Shown: positions 1 to 8,807 of the stretch, piece after piece | Numbering within the stretch: position 1 is the stretch's first letter | Layout: each line of letters starts with the position of its first letter | Assembly (NCBI GenBank): GCA_963827735.1 | Contig: CAWHBO010000003.1 | Location: forward strand, 252,676 to 316,675 | Reading direction: 5' to 3' | DNA: 64,000 nucleotides | Origin: Candidatus Parcubacteria bacterium | GTDB lineage: Bacteria; Patescibacteriota; Patescibacteriia; Patescibacteriales; UBA12075 | Translations under genes and position numbers: made by a program | Notes under the pieces: model-generated | Seen by the model: only the letters and a program-made list of their open reading frames with translations | Databases searched by the model: none | Told to the model about the DNA's origin: nothing

Positions 1-46
1 TTATGTTATAATTACTAAAGAATTTAAAATCATAAAACATCTCCCC

Positions 47-1084
47 ATGCCGCTACGCGTCACCAAACACGGGATACTCCTCGGACCCACTGAGCTTGCT
101 TTTGAAAACAAGTGCGTTTTTAATCCCGGAATCTTGCAGGAAGGAAAAAAAGTTCATGTTATTTATCGGGCGCTGGATAAAAAATTGATGTCTTGTTTCG
201 GTTATGCGGAGCTAAGCGGCCCGCTCAAGGTTGTCAGAAGAGATACGACCCCTTTTATGGAAAAAGAATTCCGCTATGAAAAAAAAGGCATTGAAGATCC
301 TTGCCTTGTCCGTATCGGAAAAAAAGTCTACATGACATATGTCGCTCATGACGGAACGGACGCAGTTATTGCTTATATGTCAGGACAAGACATCTTCCAT
401 CTGAAGCGAGGCGGCATAATCTCCACCAAAATCAGCTACAAAAAAGCGGAAAAACTTTTTAACTATTCCCAGTTGAAAGACGACTACTACATGTTCGCCG
501 CCTTTTACAATGAATATAATGCCAAAAATATTCTTGTCTGGGAAAAAGACGGAGTGCTTTTTCCGGAAAAGATCCGCGGCAAATTCGCGATGCTGCATCG
601 CATTCTTCCAGACATTCAATTAGCCCGCTTTGACAATTTTAACGAGCTCAAAGATCAGAACTATTGGCATGACCACATCCAGCATATTGATAAGCATATC
701 GTCTTGGAGGGCCGTTTCGGCTGGGAGACCAGGCATATCGGCGGCGGCGCTCCGCCCATCCGGACCAAAGACGGCTGGCTCATGATTTATCACGGCGTTG
801 AATCTTTAAACCAGGGGCGCATATACCACGCGGGCGCGGCCCTGCTTGATCTTAAAAATCCGCAAAAGACGATCGGACGCTTAAAAGAACCGCTGTTCTC
901 GCCCGAAGAAAAATACGAGAAAGCCGGCCATGTTAACAATGTGGTATTCCCGACCGGCACTGCCGTCTTCGGAGACAAACTTTACATATACTACGGCACA
1001 TCCGACACTTACACGGCTGTTGCCAGCGTAAACATAAACAGCTTGATAAAAGAACTGTTAAAAAATCAGATAAAAAAATCTTGA
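47..1084 (+). CDS. GH130-like glycosidase / beta-mannoside phosphorylase family protein
   Basis: 345-aa ORF with GH130-type motifs recognised by eye (NPG near the N-terminus, GIEDPCLV, YYGTSD near the C-terminus). It lies 18 nt upstream of a glycosyltransferase gene. Family assignment is from memory. Confidence 0.65.
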   Translation: MPLRVTKHGILLGPTELAFENKCVFNPGILQEGKKVHVIYRALDKKLMSCFGYAELSGPLKVVRRDTTPFMEKEFRYEKKGIEDPCLVRIGKKVYMTYVAHDGTDAVIAYMSGQDIFHLKRGGIISTKISYKKAEKLFNYSQLKDDYYMFAAFYNEYNAKNILVWEKDGVLFPEKIRGKFAMLHRILPDIQLARFDNFNELKDQNYWHDHIQHIDKHIVLEGRFGWETRHIGGGAPPIRTKDGWLMIYHGVESLNQGRIYHAGAALLDLKNPQKTIGRLKEPLFSPEEKYEKAGHVNNVVFPTGTAVFGDKLYIYYGTSDTYTAVASVNINSLIKELLKNQIKKS

Positions 1085-1102
1085 GCTTCTTAAGAATTTG
1101 CT

Positions 1103-3331
1103 ATGAAAAATCCCAAAACCCCATGCATCTTGTATGTCAGCAGTTTTCCCCCGAGGGAATGCGGAATCGCGACTTACACAAAAAGATTAACCACTGCCAT
1201 TGATAAAGAATTCAATCCCGGCATCAAAAGCCGGATTCTTGCCATCAATGACAATGGCACCTCCATTTACAACTATCCCAAAAAAGTGATCATGCAGATC
1301 AGGGAATCGGAAATGGAAGACTATATCAAGCGGGCGTACGAAATAAACCGCCGCCCTGATATCAAAGTTGTCAACATCCAGCATGAATACGGCTTATTCG
1401 GCGGCGAGCAAGGAGAATACCTTATGCCCTTCCTGGAGCTTCTGAAAAAACCTTTTGTGATCACCATGCATACCGTCCTTCCTCATCCGGATGAAAAAAT
1501 GCAAAAAGTGGGCCGCATCATTTCTGAAAAAGCCGCCGGCGTGACTGTTATGAACAAAACCGCCAAAGAACTGCTGGCCGATGTTTATGGCATCAACAAA
1601 GATAAAATCCATATCATCCCCCACGGCGTTTTCCATGTCCCCTACCCTTCAAAAGGCCGGGCGAAAAAAAAGCTGAGCTTGCAGAACCGGCTGATCATTT
1701 CCACTTTCGGCATGATCAGCAAAGACAAAGGCATTGAATACGCGATTGAAGCTTTGCCGGAAGTGGTAAAAAAATATCCGAATGTCCTGTATCTCATCAT
1801 TGGCGCCACTCATCCGCAAGTCCTCAAGCGGGAAGGGGAAAGATACCGCAACAAGCTGAAAAAAATTATTGCCAAACTGAATCTTCAGGATAACGTAAAA
1901 TTTTACAACAAGTACCTGGCGGAAAAAGAGGTTATTGATTTCCTCAAAGCCACCGACATTTACGTTTATCCGATGCTTTCCAAAGAACAGGCTTCTTCCG
2001 GATCGCTATCCGATGCCATGTCCTGCGGCTGTCCTTCAATCGCCACCAAAAGCCAATACGCCTGCTCGGTGCTTAACGACGAAAGAGGAAGACTGGTTGA
2101 TTTCAAAAACTCCAGGCAGATTGAAGCGGCCCTGATGGAGCTCATCCCCAACAAAAACCTCCGAAATGAACTGAAAAAAAATACCTATTTTTATACCCGG
2201 CATATGACTTGGCAGAATGTGGCGCTTTCATATTTCAAATTATACAATGAATGCGCTAAAATTGTACCGAGAGAAAAAGACAAATTACCTCAGCTTAAAT
2301 TGGATTATATCAAAAATTTGACCGATAAATTCGGCATGATCCAGTTTGCCAACCACACCAAGCCGGATCTTCATTCCGGGTACTGTCTGGACGATAATGC
2401 CCGGGCGCTTATCGGCTGCGTCAAAGCTTATGAAATGAAGAAACTCAAAAGCACAATGGACTTGATTGAAAAATATCTTGATTTTATAAAGTTCACGCAA
2501 AAACAAAACGGCAAATTCTATCATTTCGTCAGCTACCAAAAAACTTTCAACGACCCCTCCGAAAGCGAAGATTCTTTCGGACGCGCCATCTGGGGGCTGG
2601 GGGCGCTCATTGCCAGCAAAGATATGCCGGAAGACATGAGAAAAAAAGCCTTGGGCATATACAAAAAAAGCGCGAAATGGATCAATGACTTAACCTCTCT
2701 GCGCGCCTTGGCATTTTCCATCATCGGCCTCACCTTGATTTTGAAATCCGAAGATACTCTGGAAACAAGGACGCTCATAAGAAACCTCTCTGACAATCTT
2801 ATAAAATGTTTCAACAGAAAAAGCGAAAAAAACGACAAGAAAGATAATCAATGGTTCTGGTTTGAGGATTGCCTGACATACTCCAACTACAAATTGCCGG
2901 AAGCGCTTTTCCGCGCTTACGAAGCCCTGGGAACAAAAATTTATCTTGAAGTAGCGGAAAAAAGCATCAACTTTCTTAACGGTGTAACTTTTGAAAAAGA
3001 CACCAACTTCTTTTCTCCCATCGGCCAGGACGGATGGTATTTCCGCGACGGCAAACGCGCTTACTTTGACCAGCAGCCGGAAGACGCCGCTTCTGCGGCC
3101 GAGGCCCTGCTCGTTGCCTATGAGATAACCAAAAACAAAAAATATCATCAAGACGCCCACCTGGCCTTCCAATGGTTCCTCGGGAAAAACCATCTCAATC
3201 AGATGGTCTATGACGAAGCTACCGGCGGCTGCTATGACGGACTCGGAAAATATTCCCTCAACTTCAATCAAGGAGCGGAATCTTCTCTCTCGTACTTTTT
3301 GGCGAGATTGGCGATTGAAAAAGCTAATTAA
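1103..3331 (+). CDS. GT4 (group 1, GT-B) glycosyltransferase fused to a C-terminal helical six-hairpin-like domain of about 330 aa
   Basis: 742-aa ORF. The N-terminal half resembles glycosyl transferase group 1 (HEYGLFGG, the STFGMISKDKGIEY region, and an EQASSGSLSDAMSCGCP segment that looks EX7E-like). The C-terminal half (LDDNARALIG..., FWFEDCLTYSNYKLPEAL) resembles an alpha/alpha-barrel extension. Confidence 0.75.
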   Translation: MKNPKTPCILYVSSFPPRECGIATYTKRLTTAIDKEFNPGIKSRILAINDNGTSIYNYPKKVIMQIRESEMEDYIKRAYEINRRPDIKVVNIQHEYGLFGGEQGEYLMPFLELLKKPFVITMHTVLPHPDEKMQKVGRIISEKAAGVTVMNKTAKELLADVYGINKDKIHIIPHGVFHVPYPSKGRAKKKLSLQNRLIISTFGMISKDKGIEYAIEALPEVVKKYPNVLYLIIGATHPQVLKREGERYRNKLKKIIAKLNLQDNVKFYNKYLAEKEVIDFLKATDIYVYPMLSKEQASSGSLSDAMSCGCPSIATKSQYACSVLNDERGRLVDFKNSRQIEAALMELIPNKNLRNELKKNTYFYTRHMTWQNVALSYFKLYNECAKIVPREKDKLPQLKLDYIKNLTDKFGMIQFANHTKPDLHSGYCLDDNARALIGCVKAYEMKKLKSTMDLIEKYLDFIKFTQKQNGKFYHFVSYQKTFNDPSESEDSFGRAIWGLGALIASKDMPEDMRKKALGIYKKSAKWINDLTSLRALAFSIIGLTLILKSEDTLETRTLIRNLSDNLIKCFNRKSEKNDKKDNQWFWFEDCLTYSNYKLPEALFRAYEALGTKIYLEVAEKSINFLNGVTFEKDTNFFSPIGQDGWYFRDGKRAYFDQQPEDAASAAEALLVAYEITKNKKYHQDAHLAFQWFLGKNHLNQMVYDEATGGCYDGLGKYSLNFNQGAESSLSYFLARLAIEKAN

Positions 3332-3437
3332 AAAAATCTCAAAATACAAATAACAAACCCGAAAAGTCCCGTTGGGACCTCGTGTCCTTTACGGGATCAC
3401 AAATAAATTCAAAATTAAAATTGATAAAATATTGATT

Positions 3438-3771
3438 TTGTCATCCCGGAATTTTTTTTGGAGCGTCAGCGAGAAAAAAAATATCCGGGATCCAGGGTTA
3501 GAAGGAAAAAATACGGATTATCCAATAACACTTATAAATAAAAATACAGGATTTAGCTTTTCTAACGTTTTATGATAAATCTTATAAAAATTATATAATT
3601 TTTTCATTTTTATATATAAAATGCTGAAAAAAAATTTTAAAAGAAAAAATATCCCCTATCATGACGAGCGATTCCAAAAAATCTTAACAATACAAGGCTC
3701 ATTCCCCTAAACCCTGGATCCCGGATATTTTTTTTCTCGCTGACGCTCCAAAAAAAATTCCGGGATGACAA
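3438..3771. mobile_element. MITE-like element: two inverted copies of a 62-bp self-complementary unit around an AT-rich core of about 210 bp
   Basis: 3438-3499 (TTGTCATCCCGGAATTTTTTTTGGAGCGTCAGCGAGAAAAAAAATATCCGGGATCCAGGGTT) is the reverse complement of 3710-3771. Each unit is itself a hairpin (ATCCCGGA+T8 pairs with A8+TCCGGGAT). A third copy lies at 30238-30299. Confidence 0.5.
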
Positions 3772-3843
3772 ACATGATATTTTAATTATCTTATTCTTGT
3801 TTTAAAATTTAGCCATTATTTACAAAATTAAAATTTTATCCAT

Positions 3844-4995
3844 ATGAACATAAAAGATTCCGCCTACGCCAAAGCCCTGGAAGTCATCCGCGCCTGCGTC
3901 CGCCCGACCGGCCTTTACGCATCCGGCCTGAAGGGCGGCTATGAAGCGACTTGGGCGCGCGATTCGATGACCACCGCTCTCGGCGCATCCTTTCACCCGG
4001 AATTCAAAGAGATCATCGCCAAATCAATTGAGCTTCTCGCCAAAAACCAGACCGAAACCGGACTGATTCCCAATTGCGTCGGGTCATACAACACTGACCG
4101 CCAATCCGATGTCACTTTCAATTCCTTGGATGCTCCTCTCTGGTACATCATCGGCCATTACATTTATGCCATGAATTACAGCGATAATAGTTTGCTGGTC
4201 AAATATCGCGAAAGCATTGACCGGGCGCTTTTTTGGCTCAGGTGCCAAGACCAAGACAACATCGGCCTCGTCTCCCAACAGCCGACCGGCGACTGGGAAG
4301 ACGCCTTCCCGCACAAGTACGGCTACACGATCCATTGCAACGCCTTGTTTTACGGCGCTCTCAAAATGCTCGGAAAAAACGATGATGCTGAAAATTTACA
4401 AGCCATCATCAACGGGCAATACAGGAAATATTCTTCGCTCTATAATAAAGATGCGGGTATATATTACCCGTGGGGCTGGAAGAACCATGATCACATCCGC
4501 GAACACGAAGAATGGTTTGACACGGCCGGCAATCTTCTGGCAATCCTCACCGGACTCGCCACTCCCAAAATCGCGAACAGCATCTTGAATCATATTGAAA
4601 AAAACAAGATCAATCGTCCTTATCCGTGCAAAGCCATCTGGCCGCCGATCAAAAAAGGCGACAAAGAATGGCATGACTACTTTGAACTTTGCGACGCCCG
4701 CGAGCCTCTTTGCTACCTCAATGCCGGCGTCTGGCCCTTTACCGGCGGATTCTATGTTGCGGCCCTGATCAAAACCGGCCAATACGCTAAAGCGGAAAAA
4801 GAATTGGAACTGCTTTCGGAAGGCGTCATGAAAACTCTCAAAATCCGCGACATGAAAAAGCCTTATGAATTCAACGAATGGCTCCACGGCGCGACCGGAG
4901 CCGCTTCCGGCGAACCATACCAGGCCTGGAGCGCGGGGACTTATATCTTTGCCAGCGAGTGCGTGAAGCGAGGGAAGGTTTTGTTTTTTGAATAA
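3844..4995 (+). CDS. Six-hairpin glycosidase, glycogen-debranching-enzyme C-terminal (amylo-alpha-1,6-glucosidase)-like
   Basis: 383-aa ORF with TWARDSMTTALG, GDWEDAFP and AWSAGTY motifs, typical of (alpha/alpha)6 GDE_C- or invertase-like enzymes. The subfamily is not resolvable by eye. Confidence 0.65.
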   Translation: MNIKDSAYAKALEVIRACVRPTGLYASGLKGGYEATWARDSMTTALGASFHPEFKEIIAKSIELLAKNQTETGLIPNCVGSYNTDRQSDVTFNSLDAPLWYIIGHYIYAMNYSDNSLLVKYRESIDRALFWLRCQDQDNIGLVSQQPTGDWEDAFPHKYGYTIHCNALFYGALKMLGKNDDAENLQAIINGQYRKYSSLYNKDAGIYYPWGWKNHDHIREHEEWFDTAGNLLAILTGLATPKIANSILNHIEKNKINRPYPCKAIWPPIKKGDKEWHDYFELCDAREPLCYLNAGVWPFTGGFYVAALIKTGQYAKAEKELELLSEGVMKTLKIRDMKKPYEFNEWLHGATGAASGEPYQAWSAGTYIFASECVKRGKVLFFE

Positions 4996-5016
4996 TATTT
5001 TCTATAACAAAAAAAC

Positions 5017-5044
5017 ATCCCCCTGCCAAAAGCTGGAGGGGGAT
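5017..5044 (-). terminator. Rho-independent terminator, better on the minus strand
   Basis: ATCCCCCT pairs with AGGGGGAT (8-bp stem). On the minus strand it is followed by GTTTTTTTGTT; on the plus strand only by TT. Confidence 0.55.
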
Positions 5045-5158
5045 TTAAAAAATTGAACGTGTGCATGATTGCGCCTCTTAGGGGGTAATCAAATTCAGCG
5101 CCTTCATGGGAGGATACTCCCCGAGCATAATATGTCGGGTTGGTGGGTACTCCGCCGA

Positions 5159-5248
5159 CTAAGCTCTGTGATCGCACTGGTTGCAAATCTTATTTGTGCA
5201 TTCGAGCAAAGTGGTCGGACTAATGAAATAACAGATCATCTTATACAT
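5159..5248 (-). CDS. Candidate 29-aa Cys-rich small protein (MYKMICYFISPTTLLECTNKICNQCDHRA)
   Basis: AGGAGG lies 6 nt upstream of the ATG. The ORF is below the ORF-track cutoff. It is followed by a GC-rich tail of about 110 nt and the 5017-5044 terminator. No homolog recognised. Confidence 0.3.
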   Translation of the reverse strand: MYKMICYFISPTTLLECTNKICNQCDHRA

Positions 5249-5404
5249 GGGTAACCTCCTAAAAATAAAAAATGAAATTTAAAATTGAAGTTTGAAATCA
5301 TCAAAAATACGAAAAATTTAGGTTGGGTTGAAAGTTAACAAAGAGCGATATTGACTATATTATATCTAACTGATTGATTATGTCAAGGTTAGCAAAATAA
5401 AAAA

Positions 5405-5436
5405 ATATCCTGCCCCGCAAAATGCGGGGCAGGATA
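5405..5436 (-). terminator. Rho-independent terminator of the rpsU-yqeY unit
   Basis: ATATCCTGCCCCGC / GCGGGGCAGGATAT stem with an AAAA loop. A T-run follows on the minus strand. It lies 28 nt past the yqeY stop. Confidence 0.65.
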
Positions 5437-5463
5437 TTTTTATAAAAATGTTGACAATAACTT

Positions 5464-5922
5464 TTACTTCACTCCCAAAACCTTCCTCACGATATCTTTA
5501 ACAAGGATCCCGTCCGCCCGTCCTTTGAGCTTTGACATAGCCTGCCCCATGATGGCGCCGAACTGATTCATGTCAGCGTCTTTCATTGGTTCCACAATCT
5601 CGCGGACCGCATTTTCTATCTCGGCCGCCGACATCTGAGCAGGAACATATCTTTCAAAAATCGCAATTTCCGCTTTTTCCGTTTCCACCAGATCGTTGCG
5701 TCCGCCTTGCTCATATAAAGCGATGGAGTCTTTGCGTTTCTTCATCTCCGTCCCGGCGACTGCGATCACGTCATCGTCGCTCAAGTCCTCTTTCTGGATC
5801 TTCTCAATCTTCTTGTTCTTGAGCGCCGCAAGGAACATTCTAAGAGTGCCGAGTTCGGAAACCCGTTTTTCTTTCATCGCGATCTTCATGTCGTCATTTA
5901 TTTTTTGCCAAAGTGTCGGCAT
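5464..5922 (-). CDS. yqeY: GatB/YqeY domain protein
   Basis: 152 aa with the typical YqeY N-terminus (KINDDMKIAMKEK..., LRMFLAALKN). It lies directly downstream of rpsU, which is the conserved pairing. Confidence 0.85.
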   Translation of the reverse strand: MPTLWQKINDDMKIAMKEKRVSELGTLRMFLAALKNKKIEKIQKEDLSDDDVIAVAGTEMKKRKDSIALYEQGGRNDLVETEKAEIAIFERYVPAQMSAAEIENAVREIVEPMKDADMNQFGAIMGQAMSKLKGRADGILVKDIVRKVLGVK

Positions 5923-5950
5923 ATTTTTTGGGGTTAAAGTTTATTTAAGC

Positions 5951-6187
5951 TTACCATCTGCCTCTCGGCTCTTCTTTGATCTTGCCGATCTTTTTCAGAT
6001 AATCCATTTTTTCTTTGACTTTTTTGGAATACAAGGCTGAGTCCTTGAGCTGGCGCTTATTTTTTTTCGGATGAAAAAAATTGCGGCTACGCACTTCTTT
6101 CAGTTTTCTGGACCTGATCAAAGTCTTGTTGAACCGGCGCAAAAACGCCTCAAAACTTTCCCCTTTGTTTCTTTTAAATTCTACCAT
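5951..6187 (-). CDS. rpsU: 30S ribosomal protein S21
   Basis: 78-aa basic protein with an FEAFLRRFNK...EVRSRNFF pattern matching S21. AAAGGAAGGTG lies upstream of the ATG. Confidence 0.85.
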   Translation of the reverse strand: MVEFKRNKGESFEAFLRRFNKTLIRSRKLKEVRSRNFFHPKKNKRQLKDSALYSKKVKEKMDYLKKIGKIKEEPRGRW

Positions 6188-6285
6188 GGTAACGCACCTT
6201 CCTTTCTAGATGATGTTTTTTAATTTATTTATTAAATTGATTTTTAAATTATTTCTTTCAAAGGTTAATGAAATATTTCTGTTTT

Positions 6286-6366
6286 AATATTCAATATCCA
6301 ATATTTTAATATTCAATTGATCATTAATATATTTAATTATTAAATGAATATTGGTTATTGAATATT
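6286..6366. repeat. ORF-less intergenic hairpin (AATATTC / AATATTG units)
   Basis: 6286-6305 (AATATTCAATATCCAATATT) pairs with 6347-6366 (AATATTGGTTATTGAATATT) at 19 of 20 positions. It lies 6 nt from the hisS stop codon (6373-6375); the AT-rich arm context continues to the stop. Confidence 0.6.
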
Positions 6367-6372
6367 GGTTAT

Positions 6373-7725
6373 TTACTTCGCCTCTCCTTCCAATCTCTTC
6401 CCCAATTCCGCGTAGATCTTCTTGTAATCAATCACTTCCTGTGTTCCTGATTCCATATCCCGCATGATGATGGTGCCGTCCAAAAGCTCTTTCTGCCCCA
6501 GGATCAAAGTGTATCTGGAACCGAGCCTGTCTGCTTCTTCCAATTGCGTCTTCAAATTATCTTTCGTGAAAGCCTGCCTGACATTGTATCCCCCGCGGCG
6601 CATCTCCTCAAACAGGACAATCATCTTGCGTCTGGACTGATCCCCCAGCTGAGCCAAAAAGACGACTTTGTTCTTGTCTTCCTGGAGAGGGATGTTCTTT
6701 TCCTTGATCTTCTGCACCACTCTCTCCAAACCGATGCCGAAGCCGATGGCCGGAGTCGGACGGCCGCCCATTTTTTCCATCAAGCTGTCATAGCGTCCGC
6801 CGCCGCATAAAGCTGATTGGCGTTTTTGGTCTTCTGACCCTTCCGCGCCTTCTTGGGCAGGCGTTATCTCAAACACTGTCTTGTTGTAGTAGTCAAGCCC
6901 GCGAACCAGAAAAGGATTCAAGTTGTACGGGATTTCCAAATCATCAAGATATTCCAGCACTTTGATAAAATGCTCGCGGCAGTTATCGCACAAAAAATCA
7001 ACAGTCTGCGGAGCTTCTTCTCTGACGCTGCGGCATTCCGGTTCTTTGCAATCGAGGAGCCGTAAAGGATTTTTGGTAAATCTTTTTTTACAGTCAACGC
7101 ACAATTTCGCGCGCTTGCCTCTTTCTTTATAGTATTCAACCAGCTTTTTTATGTAGCTTGGGCGGCAATCCGGACAACCGATTGAGTTGATTTGCACCTG
7201 GATCTCAAGCTGGAGTTCTGAGAAAAAATTATAAGCGATGGAAATGAGCTGGGCGTCAGCCACCGGATTCGACTCCCCAAAAACTTCCATGTCAAACTGC
7301 GTATGCTGTCGATATCGGCCGGCTTGCGGTTTTTCATGCCGGAACAACGGTCCGATCAGAAACATCTTGACCGGTTGAGGCAAATTGAACATGCCGTGTT
7401 CAATGTAAGCGCGCACCAAGCTCGGTGTCGCTTCCGGACGCAAAGCGACTTTGTCTCCGCTTTTATCAACGAAAGAATACATCTCCTTGGAAACGATATC
7501 CGTATCTTTCCCGGTCGCCCTTTCATATAGGTCCACCTTCTCAAGAACCGGAGTTTCAATCTGTTGGAATCCATAATAAGCGGCCAGTTGTGATGCTTTC
7601 TTTTTAAGCAGATCAAAATATCTATATTCATCAAAAAGAATATCTTTCATACCCCTTAAACGGGTATATTTTTGGCTTGTTCTTATTCTTGGCTCTTTAT
7701 TTTTTTCTTCAATTTTCTCCCGCAT
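6373..7725 (-). CDS. hisS: Histidine--tRNA ligase
   Basis: 450 aa with RGMKDIL, motif 2 FRHEKPQAGRYRQHTQFDMEVFG and motif 3 GGGRYD...GFGIGLERV. The Cys-rich insertion domain is common in HisRS. Confidence 0.95.
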   Translation of the reverse strand: MREKIEEKNKEPRIRTSQKYTRLRGMKDILFDEYRYFDLLKKKASQLAAYYGFQQIETPVLEKVDLYERATGKDTDIVSKEMYSFVDKSGDKVALRPEATPSLVRAYIEHGMFNLPQPVKMFLIGPLFRHEKPQAGRYRQHTQFDMEVFGESNPVADAQLISIAYNFFSELQLEIQVQINSIGCPDCRPSYIKKLVEYYKERGKRAKLCVDCKKRFTKNPLRLLDCKEPECRSVREEAPQTVDFLCDNCREHFIKVLEYLDDLEIPYNLNPFLVRGLDYYNKTVFEITPAQEGAEGSEDQKRQSALCGGGRYDSLMEKMGGRPTPAIGFGIGLERVVQKIKEKNIPLQEDKNKVVFLAQLGDQSRRKMIVLFEEMRRGGYNVRQAFTKDNLKTQLEEADRLGSRYTLILGQKELLDGTIIMRDMESGTQEVIDYKKIYAELGKRLEGEAK

Positions 7726-7761
7726 ATCATTATATATGATTAATTTCCAAATTTTTTTAAA

Positions 7762-8352
7762 TTAATTTTCATGGCTTAAGGAATTCTGCACCGGGGAATA
7801 AGCAGGGGCATCAAAAACTTTTAAACGGTTAAACGGCCATCCGCGAAGCAAGACTCTTCCGGTTATATAACTGGCGTTGACCGGACCGAAACTCCGTGAA
7901 TCTTTGGAAGAATTACGATTGTCCCCCAAAACAAAAAATTCATTTGCCCCGAGTTCAATTTTTGAATCAGACAAGCCGTAAGTCTTTACCCCTTTCTCCA
8001 AATAATCTTCCTGCAAAACGAAACCATCAGGATTTTCTGCGTTATAAATGATCACATCACCGTCCTTGATCTGAACGCTTTCCCCGGGAAGACTGATAAG
8101 CCTTTTGATAAAATATTCCTGCGGATTCCTGGGATATCTGAAAACAATGATATCGCCGCGTTTAGGATTTTCAAAACGGTATGTAATCTCATCAATTATC
8201 AAATACTCTTTGTCGTAAAAATTCGGTTCCATGGAAGCGCCCTTCACGTAAAAAGGCTGAATCAGAAAATATCTTACCGGAATGATGATTACCAAAGAAA
8301 TAACGACAATTTTTACCAATTCCAAAACGAAACTAAAGAAATTTTTAAGCAT
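7762..8352 (-). CDS. lepB: Signal peptidase I
   Basis: 196 aa with an N-terminal TM segment, GASMEPN (catalytic Ser), KRLISLPGE (Lys box) and GDNRNSSKDSR. Confidence 0.9.
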   Translation of the reverse strand: MLKNFFSFVLELVKIVVISLVIIIPVRYFLIQPFYVKGASMEPNFYDKEYLIIDEITYRFENPKRGDIIVFRYPRNPQEYFIKRLISLPGESVQIKDGDVIIYNAENPDGFVLQEDYLEKGVKTYGLSDSKIELGANEFFVLGDNRNSSKDSRSFGPVNASYITGRVLLRGWPFNRLKVFDAPAYSPVQNSLSHEN

Positions 8353-8479
8353 GTATTTATGTCAGAAATAACAATAAAAAAACGAATAAAAATTCATTTT
8401 TACGTGATCTCCTTGAGTATTTATTTGAATTATTTTTAACTTTAATGAATATACCATTATTATAAGGAAAAATCAAATA

Positions 8480-8508
8480 TTGTCAAACCAGTTTTTAAAG
8501 GATATAAT
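8480..8508 (+). promoter_or_regulatory. Sigma70-like promoter (TTGTCA, 17 nt, TATAAT)
   Basis: TTGTCA at 8480-8485, a 17-nt spacer, then TATAAT at 8503-8508. It would start a transcript just before the 8522-8616 hairpin and the LCP gene. Confidence 0.45.
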
Positions 8509-8521
8509 GAATGGAGCTTAA

Positions 8522-8616
8522 AACCCACAAATCAACAAATTGCTACAAATCAACAAATCATATTTGACGTTTTTCAAATATTTGTAGATTTGTTGTAATT
8601 TGTTGATTTGTGGGTT
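8522..8616. repeat. ORF-less long hairpin (ACAAATC / CAACAAAT units)
   Basis: 8522-8541 (AACCCACAAATCAACAAATT) is the exact reverse complement of 8597-8616. The inner arms are imperfectly complementary. Confidence 0.65.
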
Positions 8617-8807
8617 CAAAATAATTATAAACGATAATATATCAAGAACGTCAATCATTTTATGAATGAAAAAACTGAAACCATAGAAAAAAACATCAAA
8701 GAAAGCGGCGGCATAAAGATCACCATCAAAAAGAAAATTGCTCCGAAAATAGAAAATAACCACGCTGCTTCCCCGGCTGACAAGCCCAAAAAAGAAAAAG
8801 GAAATTC

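Noticed and set aside
3372-3575. 67-aa ORF in the GT4-GDE spacer.
   Set aside because: It reads straight through the 62-bp repeat unit (…SSRNFFWSVSEKKNIRDPGL…). The same repeat gives the same peptide elsewhere, and the start is non-canonical.
4941-5186. 81-aa minus-strand ORF and 61-aa plus-strand ORF (5069-5254) in the 5-kb spacer.
   Set aside because: The 81-aa ORF runs through the terminator hairpin into the end of the convergent glycosidase gene. The 61-aa ORF has no SD. The short SD-led ORF is the better coding candidate, and even that is uncertain.
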